Source: Atractiella rhizophila | Lineage: Eukaryota | DNA length: 58,687 bases | Reading direction: 5' to 3' | NCBI GenBank assembly: GCA_021432655.1 | Contig: MU271319.1 | Coordinates: 35,514-94,200 of the forward strand | In this document: piece after piece, positions 25,135 to 37,299 of the stretch | How the letters are laid out: every line of letters starts with the position of its first letter | How positions within the stretch are numbered: position 1 is the first letter of the stretch | Program-made: the position numbers and the translations under genes | The notes under the pieces: generated by a model | What the model saw: the letters and a program-made list of their open reading frames with translations, nothing else | Database searches by the model: none | Told to the model about the DNA's origin: nothing

Positions 25135-27247
25135 TTACTTGCCTTGGACAACCTGAGCCTGCCTCTCTTTCTTGCCTCCTGAAGCCCACCTCTCATACAC
25201 CTTGTACAAGCGCTTGTACTGCTTCTCGTCGTCAGCTCCACCACTTCCCTCATCCGTGATCATCGTCTTGCTCGTCTCCGCATCGACATGCGTACCTTTC
25301 ACAAAATTGCCTTTGGCTGGAGAAGGAGGGAGTGAGGAACCTGGAGTATCGTTGGCCGAATTTGGAGGGGACCAAAAGTCGTCAGTTAACGCTCCAAGAG
25401 TTGACGCTGACTCCGAAGAGTCGGAGCCATCTGAATTGCGGATTTGACGGGGAGGCGTGAAGAAGAGATATTGGTTTGATTGGCGAGCAACGCTTCCAGT
25501 CTCCGGACTTGCAAAAAGACTACCTCTCCTTTCCCCATTCAACATTGCCTTCGGGCTCCGGAAAGCTCCAAGAAAATGGGGGAAGTCAGCCTGACGGATC
25601 GGCGATTGGGGATTGGCAGGATGGTCGCGCACGTCCCATTCGTCCGTCAAGTCGCTGTCCAGCGAAGAATCCGTGAGATCCCGAGTAAAATCGTCAACAG
25701 GACGGTGAACTTGTGGAGGGCATGGGAACTTCGCTTGCGTTTTTCGAAAGGCGGAGTGTTCGGGGCGTTTATTTACGAAAGCTGTCGCGGGAGGAGGTCG
25801 GATAGGAGGAGGGACATGATATCTCTTTGAAGACGACTGAGGGCGAGGAGGATTGCCTGGAAATCTAAAGTCGAATGCGGCTTTTGGCGTCGCTGGAGAG
25901 TGGAGAATGGACTCCAAGTTGACATTCTCGTGATAGCCGGTAGACACGACGCTTTCCTCCTCTTCTTCGCTGAGTATCGTTGAGAGAGTCCTTCCTCTCT
26001 CAAACTTGGTTGAAGAGGTCGCGCCTCGCTCTTCAGGAATTGAGTGAGCCTTAAGCTCAACGCTGCTCCTACGATCTAAGAGGTTGAGATCGTTGCCGAA
26101 TACCGCCCGAGCTGCCTCTTTTGTTGCCTTCGTAGAGTGACGTAGTTGTTCGATGGACATGGTCCACCTCGTTATCTTGGACACCATTCCACGGAGTTCG
26201 CGAACCGTAGGTCGTCCATCAGGATGAAGGTTGAAGACCCTGTACGACGCCGCATCCCCTTAAGTTACCAAGAAAGATCAAAGCGATAAAACACAGACAC
26301 AGACCTTCGAAGAACATCATGACAGTCGTTTGATATTGGGAGGATTTTAGGAAGGAACCATTCTTGATCGTTCCTGAAAGCGCAAAAGGTCTCGTCCTTC
26401 ATCGTGGCTTGCTTCCAAGGGTTGCGCGAGCAAGTCAGATTGATCAGGATGACACCCAAAGACCAAACGTCGTTCGGCTGAGTTGCATACACCTTCTCTC
26501 CAGCAGCATTCCTGAGGCACGTTATCCCTTGACATTCTGGACCATTTTGGATACATCAGTTCGGAAGACAGTGTTGAAGTAATGGGGCGGCGCACCAGGA
26601 GACATGTAGAAAGAGCTTCCACACCCCAAGTCGGCACTAACCTTCTCTGTCGTAGCCAAACCAAAATCCGCGACAACGACCTTCTTCCCTCCTTCCGCAG
26701 CCACCAAGATATTCTCTGGCTTCAAATCTCGATGCGCAATCCCCAACTCATGGCAATACCCCACCGCATCCAAAATTTGACCGAAGACTTTCGTGATCAA
26801 GTCGTCTCTACCGATATAGGCCTGCTTCTCGGTAATCATGCTGAAAAGATCTCCGTAACAATGATAGTCCATGACGACGAAGATGGTGGTGGAAGTTTCG
26901 TGAATCGCGTGAAGAGTAACGATGTTCTGATGCCGACTCGCGAGCGAATGAACCGTAAGCTCCCTCTTCTGGAATTTACGCTGACGTTCGTCCAATCCAA
27001 CTTTGGAAAGACACTTGACGGCATAAAACGCTGGTGTTTCGCGTGCTCGAAGGTCGTGAGCGAGATAAACAACTCCGTACGCTCCGACTCCCAACTTCGA
27101 TTTGAAGATGAGGCGACCAGAATTGATGGCTTGTCCTTCGAGGCTGGAGATGTGCGGAACGGAACTGCGACTTGCGCTAGGGTTGGGAGATTTCGCCGTT
27201 TTGCTAGTTTTGCTGGTCTTGCTGTTGGTGTTGGTGTTGCGAGGCAT
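25135..27247 (-). CDS. Ran1/Pat1/Sks1-family Ser/Thr protein kinase
   Basis: [82 protein letters not shown] and [23 protein letters not shown], which are family-diagnostic, plus a long low-complexity C-terminus. Confidence 0.92.
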
Positions 27248-28229
27248 TTTGAAAGTTATCGAAACTTGCTGTCGAAGGTGCTGTAGCTTGATGGAGGAGA
27301 GGGACTTATATCGAGTCGATCGATGTGAGAATAGAAGATGGTTACTGAGAGGTATATCCAGATATGACAACGAGATAATCGAGGTTGCGAACGACGATGG
27401 ATATAAGAGAACTGATGCTGCACGGAGAGGGCGAGAAGGCTATGCTTGATGATAAAGCTCCAGGTCAGAAAACAAATCAAGACAATAAAAACTTTCTGAC
27501 GAGAAAGAAAGAACATTGTCGATGCTACAAGGATGAATAGGTGTCAGAGGAAGGTGAACATGATTGCGCATAAAGAACTTCATTCGCCACACGCGAAGGG
27601 GGAGGGGTATGAGCAGGGGTAGAGCCAAGACAGAACGAAGGAGAACAAAGGTACTCACGAGACGCTAATAGAACGATTGCTTGAACGACAAAGCAAGTGG
27701 TTGCGAACTGAGGAGGAAAGGTGAGAGTCAGACAGTTTAAATAGGTCTGGAGTAAAGCCCCTTTCTCTCAAATGGGATCGAGCTGGATCGAGAACTTTGT
27801 CGCAGAATTAGTGCTGTCTTACAGGGTCTCACCCTCCCGCACTTTCCCATAAGACCACTTCAGCACAGGTGTGTCTCATATTCCCTCATACTCCAGGCTG
27901 GAGTGCAATCTGGGGTCCCAGTGCGCAGGTATGGATCATGTTGGAAAGATGCACCAAGATGCACCCAACAATATCCTGGGGTGGAACCCGTCAACAATAC
28001 TTGAGTAGGCCGGAGTGAGTTGAAGTGAAAGTACGGTGTGTCACCATCGATGACCTTACGGGGGTTCGCGCTCCATGATATGAGAACACTGGTCGCAATC
28101 CCGAAAATCTAGACAAGGGATCGGTCAGAGCTCGGCCATCCATTATACCATCATAAAAGCATTGCAAAGAGTTATGTGCACCCCCTGCCTGCTTCACTGG
28201 CCTTCGGTCCTATAAGAAATTCTGCAAGA

Positions 28230-31069
28230 TGTCGAATGCACTCCCTCCTCCACCACCGCATCATCCAAAAACGACGCATCTTCCCCCTTTGAAGGAAAAA
28301 AGCCACGCCATCGAAAGGGCGAAGTAAGCCTGCGTGCAACAATTCACTGTTCTAATCAAGTCACAGATCTGTCTTTCACCTTATCCACGGGGCGATGGAA
28401 GCCGGTCGAGGAGCTTTCAACAGAACGATGGATGAGGGATTAGATAAAGCTGTTCATCAAGTCAAGGAAACGAAAGAACATCTGCACGGCCGGGATCACG
28501 AGAAGAAAGTACTTTCAAGTAACTCGACGGTTGAGGAGGAAGGAAAGGAAGAATACAGAAATGCTCTTAGGGAGTTGAAAGGGAGTCATTGCGATCATTA
28601 TTAATCTCTTGTTGCGTTGCATCTAAATGGCATGTTGCCATACTGTAGATAAGGCGAGAACCTTCTAATGGTTTGGCTGATGAAACATGAGCACAGTCAT
28701 GAAGGGCATGGGCATGATTTCTTGGTCAGAGGAGGAATCGAGCAAAAATCACAGACTCTTCTTCTCCCATCTTCGTTCCCTTCGGCTCCCAGTTGCAGAC
28801 AGAGCACTCGCAAGAAGAGGGAGGCTAGATGGCAGAGTAATACAGCCTTCCATCAATAGAACTGAAGAAAAAGGAAAGGAGGTGCCTGTAATGGCAATAG
28901 GAAGACGGAAGCTGGAAGGGATGCATTTTGACCATACAGCGGATGTTGCAACCCTTTCACGCTTGAAGATGTTGCCAGTCAGCACAGTGAAACGTCCCAT
29001 CGGTTGCAAACAAAGTACCAAATCGGCAGATGAAGTTACTCAGCAAGTGACAGAAGGCGACAGTCGGAGTCCGTTGACAGATGCATCAGAACTTGAACCA
29101 CGTAACTGAACGAAGAGAAGAACACAACACCATGGCTTGAAGCAAAAAAATGGAGCACGTGCAATTTCGCTTCCGTGACTGAAAATAGACACAGATGAAT
29201 GCGTCACTTCCATTTCCCAATACCCAAACAACTACCCAATGCCCCCGTAACTCTAACCCTCTCCACGAACGCTGGCTGCTGCCGTTGCAGGCAAGTATTC
29301 AGCATCAGACGAAGCCGCACAGAACGAAGGTTCGGTGTAAGAAGTGACAGGAAGATTTGGAAGCAACCTGCTTGGACTCGAACTGGAATGCAAAGGTCCG
29401 CGTCACGATGCCCTCTCCCACGGTTTTCATAGGGGACTTCTTCGTAAGTCCTCTATCAATGCCTTACTGCAAGTCTAAACTCTCCCTAGCCCTGCCACAC
29501 GATAGGCCACACACGAAAGAAGGAATTCACGCTACCTGGGTCGAAGCTAGGATACGGCTCTTTCTCCGTGGTGAGGCGTGTGAGGTGGAAGAAGATGGGT
29601 AACCAGAAGGTGGCGCTGAAAGTTATCAACATACGGAAGGGCATGTCGGATTTGGACGCACATAGGAAGATTATGCAAGTTTTGAGAGAAATCAATCATC
29701 CCAATATTGGTGGGTTTCCATCTCTCCCTCCTTCTCCACTCCTCTTTCATCCATGCACTTTATTTGTGGTGAAATCACGCTCGGTTAAGAGCATGATGAC
29801 GCCTCTTGAAATAAATCGAAGTATTACATGCTGGTAAATGGCGGAAGAAGGAGATCATGCTTGGAAGGGCTTTACCTGCCTGCTGCTATGACAACTGTCA
29901 TACTCAGTGTCTTTTTGCTCTCTTTGCTCATTTTGCTGCTTCCCCCTCTAACCAGGAGTACTGACAATGGTGTTCCTTTTCCACTCAGTGAAACTACACG
30001 ACTACTTTCAAACTCCACGATACTGGTATTCCATCCTGGAACTTGCACCTGGCGGCTGCCTGCTTGATTATGTTTCTCCCACAGAACACTTCAGCGAAGA
30101 AGATGCTCGGGGGTTAATGAAAGATCTAGTTGTGCGTATCCTCTCACCGCGTACCCTGATGAGGCTGACTATCGAGGTGACCAGGGAGCAGTAGCTCACC
30201 TCCACGCCAATCACCTCATTCATCGAGACCTGAAACTCGAGAACCTACTCCTGTCAAACAAACCATCTCCTCCCTCCGAACCCCACATGTCACAAACAAC
30301 CAAACAGAACAGCTCGTTGAAATCTAAGCCAAAGCTGCTGATAGCCGATTTTGGCCTCGCGAAGCTGTGCACGGAGGAGAATGAAGGAGAAGAATGGAAA
30401 GGACTCCTCCTCTCCTCAGTGGCGGGTAGTGCGTCTTACATCGCTCCGGAGGTGTACGAAGGAGGATACGGGTGGGGATGCGACGTTTGGTCGTGTGGAG
30501 TGATCGCTTTTCTCCTGTCAGTCGCCAGCCTCTTGAGTCCATATAGCGGATGTGGATTGCAGATGGTGCTGATGGAGTGGCAACAGTCTAACGGGTTCAT
30601 TCCCATTCAAAGCTCTGGACGGGAAAGCTCTAGTCGTAGAAGCGAAGGGAGGCGTCCACTTCCCCCCAGAGAAGTGGGACGGGATCTCTTCTGCGGGTAT
30701 GTTTTCCCCTTCCCTCCTTTCATCTCCTAATCTGCTGCCATGTCTTGTGTGGATGGGACTGGGACGCTAGCGAAAGATTTTATCACCCAGTTGTTGACGT
30801 ATGACCCGATAGTCAGGCCGACAGCTGAACAGGCTGTCAGATTGGAGGTTCGTGCACTCCTCCCTCCTTCACCTGTATGAGGCAAGAACTGATAATTGCG
30901 GTGCAAATTCCAGTGGTTAGCTAATTCAGAAATAGGGAAGAGTAGTGAAATCCGTGAGAAAGAGGGAAGGAAGGTGTCTGAGAAGGAGTCAGAGGAGCCA
31001 ATCAATATCGAAGAAGGGTTCAAGCACAATGGAACGAAACGAGCAGTCAGCAATGCGAAAGGAGTTTGA
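28230..31069 (+). CDS. CAMK/CMK-like Ser/Thr protein kinase; kinase domain ~29490-30920, 5' exons uncertain
   Basis: Spliced LGYGSFSVVRR, VALKVI, REINHPNI|VKLHDYF, LELAPGG, HRDLKLENLLL, IADFGLAK, AGSASYIAPEV, CDVWSCGVI, WDGISSA|AKDFITQLL. The upstream His-rich exons cannot be joined with confidence. Confidence 0.8.
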
Positions 31070-32117
31070 GTTCTGCTTCGGCTCCTCCTCATATTACTTA
31101 CAACAAGGTTAGGATTAATGTAGAGTCGGTTTTGGAGACGGGTGGAGCGTGACGAGCAAGCGGAATCATCCCATAATCAAGATGGACTTTATCTATTGCC
31201 ACTGAGCTCGTCAAATTTTAAACTGTATTCCAAGCAATCACTAGTGAACCTGGCTGAGTAGCACAACAGCACGCTTTCGGCAGGACTGAAAGGAGCTGTG
31301 AGAGCTGCATGGGTGGCGGAGTGACATGTGCAAGTGGCGGGGAAATACGACCTCTCTAATCCTTCTGTTGGTGGATATTCATACTTTCCTCGCATGCACG
31401 CTACCCGTGCGACGCCTCCCATTCAAGTTAAGACGCGAGCGTGGGAGGGAAGTGTTCAACCGGTACGAGTCTGAGTCTGGGTACTCGAGGAGCATCCAGT
31501 GCGACTGACAGCTATCGGAGTGTTCCTGTCAGCGAATACCCGTTACCTGGGCTGTAGATGAGGTTTTATTTAAGCACAGAAGTTGAATTCATGCATTTCA
31601 ACTCACAACCACAACAAAAACGCTGAAGGGTCTTAACCTGTATGCTTCAAAATCACATGCCCGGAAAAAATGTCGCAACAAATGAATCTGCATTCCAAAG
31701 CACTACTTCTTGTTCCGACCACTTCACTGTAACGAACCCGTCGACTCAAGTCGCGCTTCCGTTGAATGCAACCCCTCACCGCAAAGTTGGAACAAAATCT
31801 CTTCCCAAGCCCTCAATACAACTTCACCAGTATCGAGGATCGAGGAGATTAAGGTCACGCATATTTGGACAGAGCGGCGACGCAAACGACAGTTTAGTTG
31901 GACATAAAAGCGCACTGGGTTCCAACGTCCGTCCCCACGTCTCTCTTCGTTCAAACTTGGAGAAATGCTTCTGTGCTACTACTACCTTGGGCTCTTCCCC
32001 TTGATGGCCTTCGCAGCTTCCAACCTCCTGTGAGTTTCCTCCTCCCCGAAATTGGACTTGTCTTACAATTAGACAAGGTCTCTTGAACGTTCGGAGGTTT
32101 CCAACAAGGGATTTTCT

Positions 32118-32876
32118 ATGCTGGACAGCAACACCGAACCCCAAATCGTCCTCGCTTCGAACTGGGATCCAGAGCACTTCTCTATCGATGAATACTTTGC
32201 TGCATTGATTAAGGCATACGAGAACGAAACCGATGGAACGGTCACGAATGCTAGTTTCTGGGATGTCCTCAAAAGCATCTTCTCCTCTCTCCCCTCTCAT
32301 CTGAAAGAACTCCACAAATTTGTCACCGACACCGTCTCCTCCATTCGAGAGATCTTTGAGTTGCCTGCCATGGAACCCATAATTGAGGGACTCGATGATC
32401 TTCCAAACAGCAGCTCGGGCGATCCTGTAGCCCAACGTTTTTACTCGCTGGCCAATGAACTGAAAAGTATCATTTGTGATGCTCTCGAGAAACGTACGGA
32501 TTGGAAAGACCTCAGTGCATCCACCATAGACGCGCTCAAGAAAGTTTATGAGGAAATCCAGAGTCTCTATACCTCTCACAAGCTGTCAGATTCTCCCAAG
32601 CCTCTCCGTCTCTTTCTGGGTGTCACCCTTGTCACTTCTGGCTTCATGATTCTTGCTAGCCCTCTCTTTCTGTGGACACTAGGATTTGGAACTGCGGGTG
32701 TTACCGCTCGAAGCTTTGCGGCTGCTATCCAGGCCATGATTGGGAATGTAGCGAAGGGATCGATTTTTGCGTTGTTTCAGAGTATTGGAGCCGCGGGGTT
32801 AGGATCAGATACGTTACTTGTTGCACGGGGTATGATTAGGTTGGGGATGATTTTCTTGATGTCATTAAAGGATTGA
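32118..32876 (+). CDS. IFI6/IFI27 (Ifi-6-16)-like domain protein; short upstream exons possible
   Basis: C-terminal LGFGTAGVTARSFAAAIQAMIGNVAKGSIFALFQSIGAAGLG is the hallmark Ifi-6-16 motif. It is preceded by a helical region with two similar halves. Confidence 0.75.
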   Translation: MLDSNTEPQIVLASNWDPEHFSIDEYFAALIKAYENETDGTVTNASFWDVLKSIFSSLPSHLKELHKFVTDTVSSIREIFELPAMEPIIEGLDDLPNSSSGDPVAQRFYSLANELKSIICDALEKRTDWKDLSASTIDALKKVYEEIQSLYTSHKLSDSPKPLRLFLGVTLVTSGFMILASPLFLWTLGFGTAGVTARSFAAAIQAMIGNVAKGSIFALFQSIGAAGLGSDTLLVARGMIRLGMIFLMSLKD

Positions 32877-33187
32877 TTGGAGACAGAAGGGTCAGTTGGA
32901 GTGTCACCAACATGTGCCAGTGGTGATACCGCAATGTACTCATATTTTGTTCATGCTGTATGTAAATTTCAAAGCTTGAAGAAATCCATGTCTCGATGGG
33001 TTCAACATTGACGACGACGATGATCTACATGATTCAAGGTTGGTGGTGCGGACTTGCTGGGACTTGGGTTGGGACAATTCTAGCTGGTGAAGACGCGAGC
33101 ACAGAGGTGTATTTGAGGAAGAAGGGAACTGCACCATCACACAATCAAAGAAGAGGGACAGGCAAGCTTCTATTCGAGGAGAAGTAC

Positions 33188-33614
33188 GCCTAGGAAGCAA
33201 AAAGCTATCGCATCGTACTCCCTTGCACCTCCCGACTGCCTTCATCTGTTCAATCCGTCTGCAGCCTCCACCATGTCCTCCATCTCCTCAACATTGTCAG
33301 AATTTTGATAGTCGAACTGCAGAGCAAGCTGGCTTAGCTCGTCCGGTGCTGGCTTGCTTGCGCTGGGCTCTCTCCACCTTCATTGACCATGCTTGCTCCA
33401 TAATGTCGCCAGACCTATCATTCTGATATATTTTAAACCTCCAATAATGACTCTTTAGTCTTGTTAGCTGAAAAAAGCGAGGCACGTCTGGGTTAAGGGG
33501 GAGAAGAATGAGTACAATCCCGCTCCTGCAAATGTCATGTCCTTGGAATTGTGGAAGTAGACAGCCCCACACAGAACTGTCACTAGAAGGGTACGTGGAG
33601 GGATGGGATCGAAG
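33188..33614 (+). repeat. ~420-bp direct repeat, copy 1
   Basis: Aligns end to end with 36888-37299 (e.g. GACTGCCTTCATCTGTTCAATCCGTCTGCA, CGTCCGGTGCTGGCTTGCTTGCGCTGGGCTCTCTCCACCTTCATTGA), with scattered substitutions and indels. Confidence 0.92.
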
Positions 33615-36600
33615 GGTTCAAGGGGCCATGCTCTTTGCGAGCGAGTTGGGGGGCCTGAGCGACGAGGGAGATGGAGATATCCTGGGAGATATCAATGGAG
33701 CCTTTGTCCTCCTAGTCAAAGTCGCAAAGTCGCGTCCATTTCTAATTCCTTCCCTCTATTTACCGTGCCTGAAACAACGACGGCCAGAGTGACGATAGAA
33801 GAAGCGCCGGAACATCGTGGCTACTCCAAACTCTCATCAGAGCACAAGCACGAGTTACAGGACGTATGCCAAACCGCTCCCTCTCCTCCCTTACCCATCC
33901 ATTCAAGCCATAACTGACTGTCGGTGTACAGCTCGCTCAAACCGCGCTTAGAGACTTAGCGGATATGAAACCAGTTATCAAAGCGAGATACTACGCCTGG
34001 GCTGCCTCCCAAGGTCAGCAACAGCCTGGTCCTACCTCGGCCGGAACACTATACAGCTACCAGAATTCGGAGCTTGCTCCTTTTCCTTCTTCCATCGGTA
34101 AAAATGCACAGCCCCGTCCAGGAACCAGAGGAAGTAGAAGGACAACGCATGAATTGATCACTCGCAGCGAGTTGCAGAATATGCCGATAGGCATTCCTAT
34201 CCAGCCTAACGATGGGAAGGAAGAAAAGGAGAAGGATAAACAGAAGCAAGGGTTTAGAAAATATTTTGGCGGGAATGGAAAGGAGAGATGGAAGGAGAAG
34301 TCACGAGCGTTCGACCAGAAGAATGGAGGAGTGTTTGGAATTCACCTCAGTGAAACTCTCAAGTATGCAAGCGTGGCTGTATCAATCTTTAACTCGGAAG
34401 ATGGGAAATCATACATCTAGTGAGCTCCGCATCATGTTCTCCTTTGGGGTCTTGCAGGTCTGATAGTTGGATTCGGGGCTAGTGGATACATTCCGATAGT
34501 GGTAGCGAAGTGTGCATTGTTTCTAAAAGAGAATGCGACAGAAACCGAAGGAGTTTTCGGAGTCTCAGGCTCTGCGAAACGGATGAAAGAGCTCCAAGCC
34601 ATCTTCGACGCACCTCCCAAGTACGGGATGGACCTGCAATGGTCAAATTACTCTGTTCACGACGCCGCAGGCGTTCTACGACGGTTTCTCAACATGATGC
34701 CTGTTAGTGTCGCACTTGCCTGCATTTGAGCGCGAGGAGCTATCGTCTGATCCGTGATAACATTATAGGAGCCAGTGGTTCCTTACGACTTGTATCACAG
34801 CTTTCGGGACTGTCTCACTTACCCTGGACAATCACTAGACGACAAAATCCAACACTTTCGTCTACTTCTCCTCTCGGTCCCTCCTTCTTCCCAATGTCTT
34901 CTTCTCTATGTCCTCGACTTCCTCCTCGTCTTCTCTCGCAACTCTTGCGTCAACCTAATGACAGCCTCCAACCTGGCAGTCCTGTTTCAGCCAGGTTTGG
35001 TCCGTCCTCCAGAGGCCGATCTAACAAATCTTGGGGAATCGACTGCACAAGGCATTAAGGCGTTAGCAGAAGCGGAAGCCAACGGTCACAAGAGCAGTCA
35101 GGAGATTTTGAAATTCCTGATTGAGCATCAAGACCATTTTCTCCTAGGTCTAGGTCCTCCACCGAAGGTCAGTTTCTCCCCTGCATCTGCCAACGCGACC
35201 GCAGTCGCTTCTCAGTCTTCCATCCCCCAACCCCAACTTCAGCAACCAGCACTAGTCCTTTTGATCACCCCAGTAAGATTCAAACATGGCACCCCGATCC
35301 ATATATCCATTCTTCCCTCTTTCCTTGCTCGCCTACCTCCATCGATTCACACGCTCCGCATCACGTTTGTCTCACTCCCTCTAACTATGAGCTTCTATTA
35401 TGGGCAGTATTCTCCGAAATCGTCCTACTTCTCTCTTGAATGCCTTGATAATGCAGTCGAATCCGACGGTGCAGCGAATCTTCGCATCACGTTGGAGGAG
35501 CAAATTACAGTAACTTTTGGGGACACCAAACATCTAGCATTCCCGCACGTTTCGCCCTCCATATGCACGTTTCGCCTTTCAAATAATCGCTCGCAGGCCA
35601 TCTTTAACCCCATTGCGCGATACTCCAAACTGGAACGGCGTTTCGTTTCTATCAGTGAATGGGAAGGATCAACCATCCCATCTACCCATCTGGGGACCAT
35701 TGTCCAACTCTCCCTCTCCCCAACTCAAACTCTAGGGATTAATCCATGCCCTATCGCACAGCTACCTACCGAGATCATCTCTATCATCTTCGAGTCCCTT
35801 TTATTCGATCCAAATGGAAGGCTCATCAAAGGTTCTCTCGTTTCCGTCCGGCGACTTTCTGCCGTCTGTCGGCTCTGGAAGGCTCTTTCAGTCCCTTATT
35901 TGAATGAAGATGTTTCTGTGAAGGAGAGGCATGCTCGTTTGAAAGCCTATCCTAATGCCGGACGTTTGTGGGAAGTTATCCGGTTTCAGACAAGTTTTGA
36001 CAATGATATCAGCGTTGACATGGCGAAAGACGTCGTCACAGGCTCGCCGAATGTTACGCGCGTGTGGATGGAAGCAATGTGGGATGAAGAGGAGGCGAAG
36101 AGTTTGTTGCATGCGATTGAAGGCTTGACGAGGTTGGAGGAGGTAATCTTTGGACGAGAAGGTTGGAGAAAGTGGAAGAAGGATGAGGTAGAGAATTTTA
36201 TGCGGAGGATGGGTGACAGGATCAGATACTTTGATGCTTACTACGTGGAGGACTCTATCCCTTCATCATCACCAGGCCTTCAATTGCCTTCTGGCATCAA
36301 AAGCCTAGGGCTTCTTGCATACCCACCTCTCCAATCGCTCTCCTTCCCATACACCCTCATGCATTTACGTCTCTCCAACCTGTGTCCGCTCCCTCCCTCC
36401 GTCTCAGGCACCTGTCTTCCGCCTCTTCTAGAACAGCTGGATATCAAGCTTGCCCCCTACTCACCTGATGGGAAGATCTCCGTCCTACCCACTCCCCTCG
36501 ACCTATCACACCTCAAACATCTCACTGAGCTCTACCTTGACGGTGGCATGGAAACTTCAAACCTCATTTCCCCTCAGTTCTTCCACACCCTCACAAAAGC

Positions 36601-36886
36601 AAAAGCAATAAATGTCATAGATGTTCAGTACTGTGTGGTGGACTGGGAATTCATGGGGTTTGTATTCTCAGACTTCATCCGCGGGTTCTTTGGCGACAGG
36701 GGAGCGAATGAGGAGTGGGATATGATGGGTGAAGTTGTGGAACCGAGACAATGCTATTTGAGGGTTCAGCTATTCTTTGGAGAGTGGCCTGAGGAAGAGA
36801 TATACAAGGCCGGGAGCACTTTGAGAGAGTTTGGGGTGAGGGAGGGGGACGAAGATAGTTGGGTTCGGGAAGGAGGAGAAGCATGA
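33603..36886 (+). CDS. Chimeric protein: Sac7-like RhoGAP domain lacking the arginine finger, fused to an F-box-like motif and LRR-like region (~1028 aa)
   Basis: Phase-consistent exons 33603-33863, 33932-34419, 34483-34702 and 34769-36886. RhoGAP motifs GVFG..L, YIY|GYIPIVVAKC, EGVFGVSGS, VHDAAGVLRRFL, NLMTASNLAVLFQPG. The same last exon has PIAQLPTEIISIIF...LSAVCRLWKALSVPYL (F-box-like) followed by LxxLxL repeats. Confidence 0.82.
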
Positions 36887-36887
36887 T

Positions 36888-37299
36888 GCCTAGGAAGAAA
36901 AAAGCTATCACATCATACTCCTTTGCGCCCCTGACTGCCTTCATCTGTTCAATCCGTCTGCACCTCCACCATGTCCTCCATCTCCTCAACATTGTCAGAA
37001 TCTTGATAGTCAAACTGCAGAGCAAGCTGGCGAAGCTCGTCCGGTGCTGGCTTGCTTGCGCTGGGCTCTCTCCACCTTCATTGATCATGCTTGCTCCATA
37101 TTGTCAGCAGACCTTTCATTCTCATATCTTTTAAACCTTCAATAATGACTCTTTAGTCTTGTCAGCTGAAAGAAACGAGGCATGTCTGGGTTCAGGAGGT
37201 GAAGAATGAGTACAATGACGCTCCGTCATGTCCTTGGAGTTGTGGAAATAGACAGCCCCATGCAGAACTGTCAGTAGAAGGGTATGTGAGGGATCGAAG
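36888..37299 (+). repeat. ~420-bp direct repeat, copy 2
   Basis: Homologous to 33188-33614; starts immediately after the stop codon of the RhoGAP/F-box ORF. Confidence 0.92.

Noticed and set aside
26582..27286. 234-aa plus-strand ORF (and similarly 31824..32579 minus, 8020..8445 minus)
   Set aside because: Antisense shadows of well-supported genes on the opposite strand.
33188..37299. LTR retrotransposon (direct repeats as LTRs)
   Set aside because: No gag/pol, no clear PBS, PPT or TSD, only partial TG..CA ends, and the internal gene retains introns.
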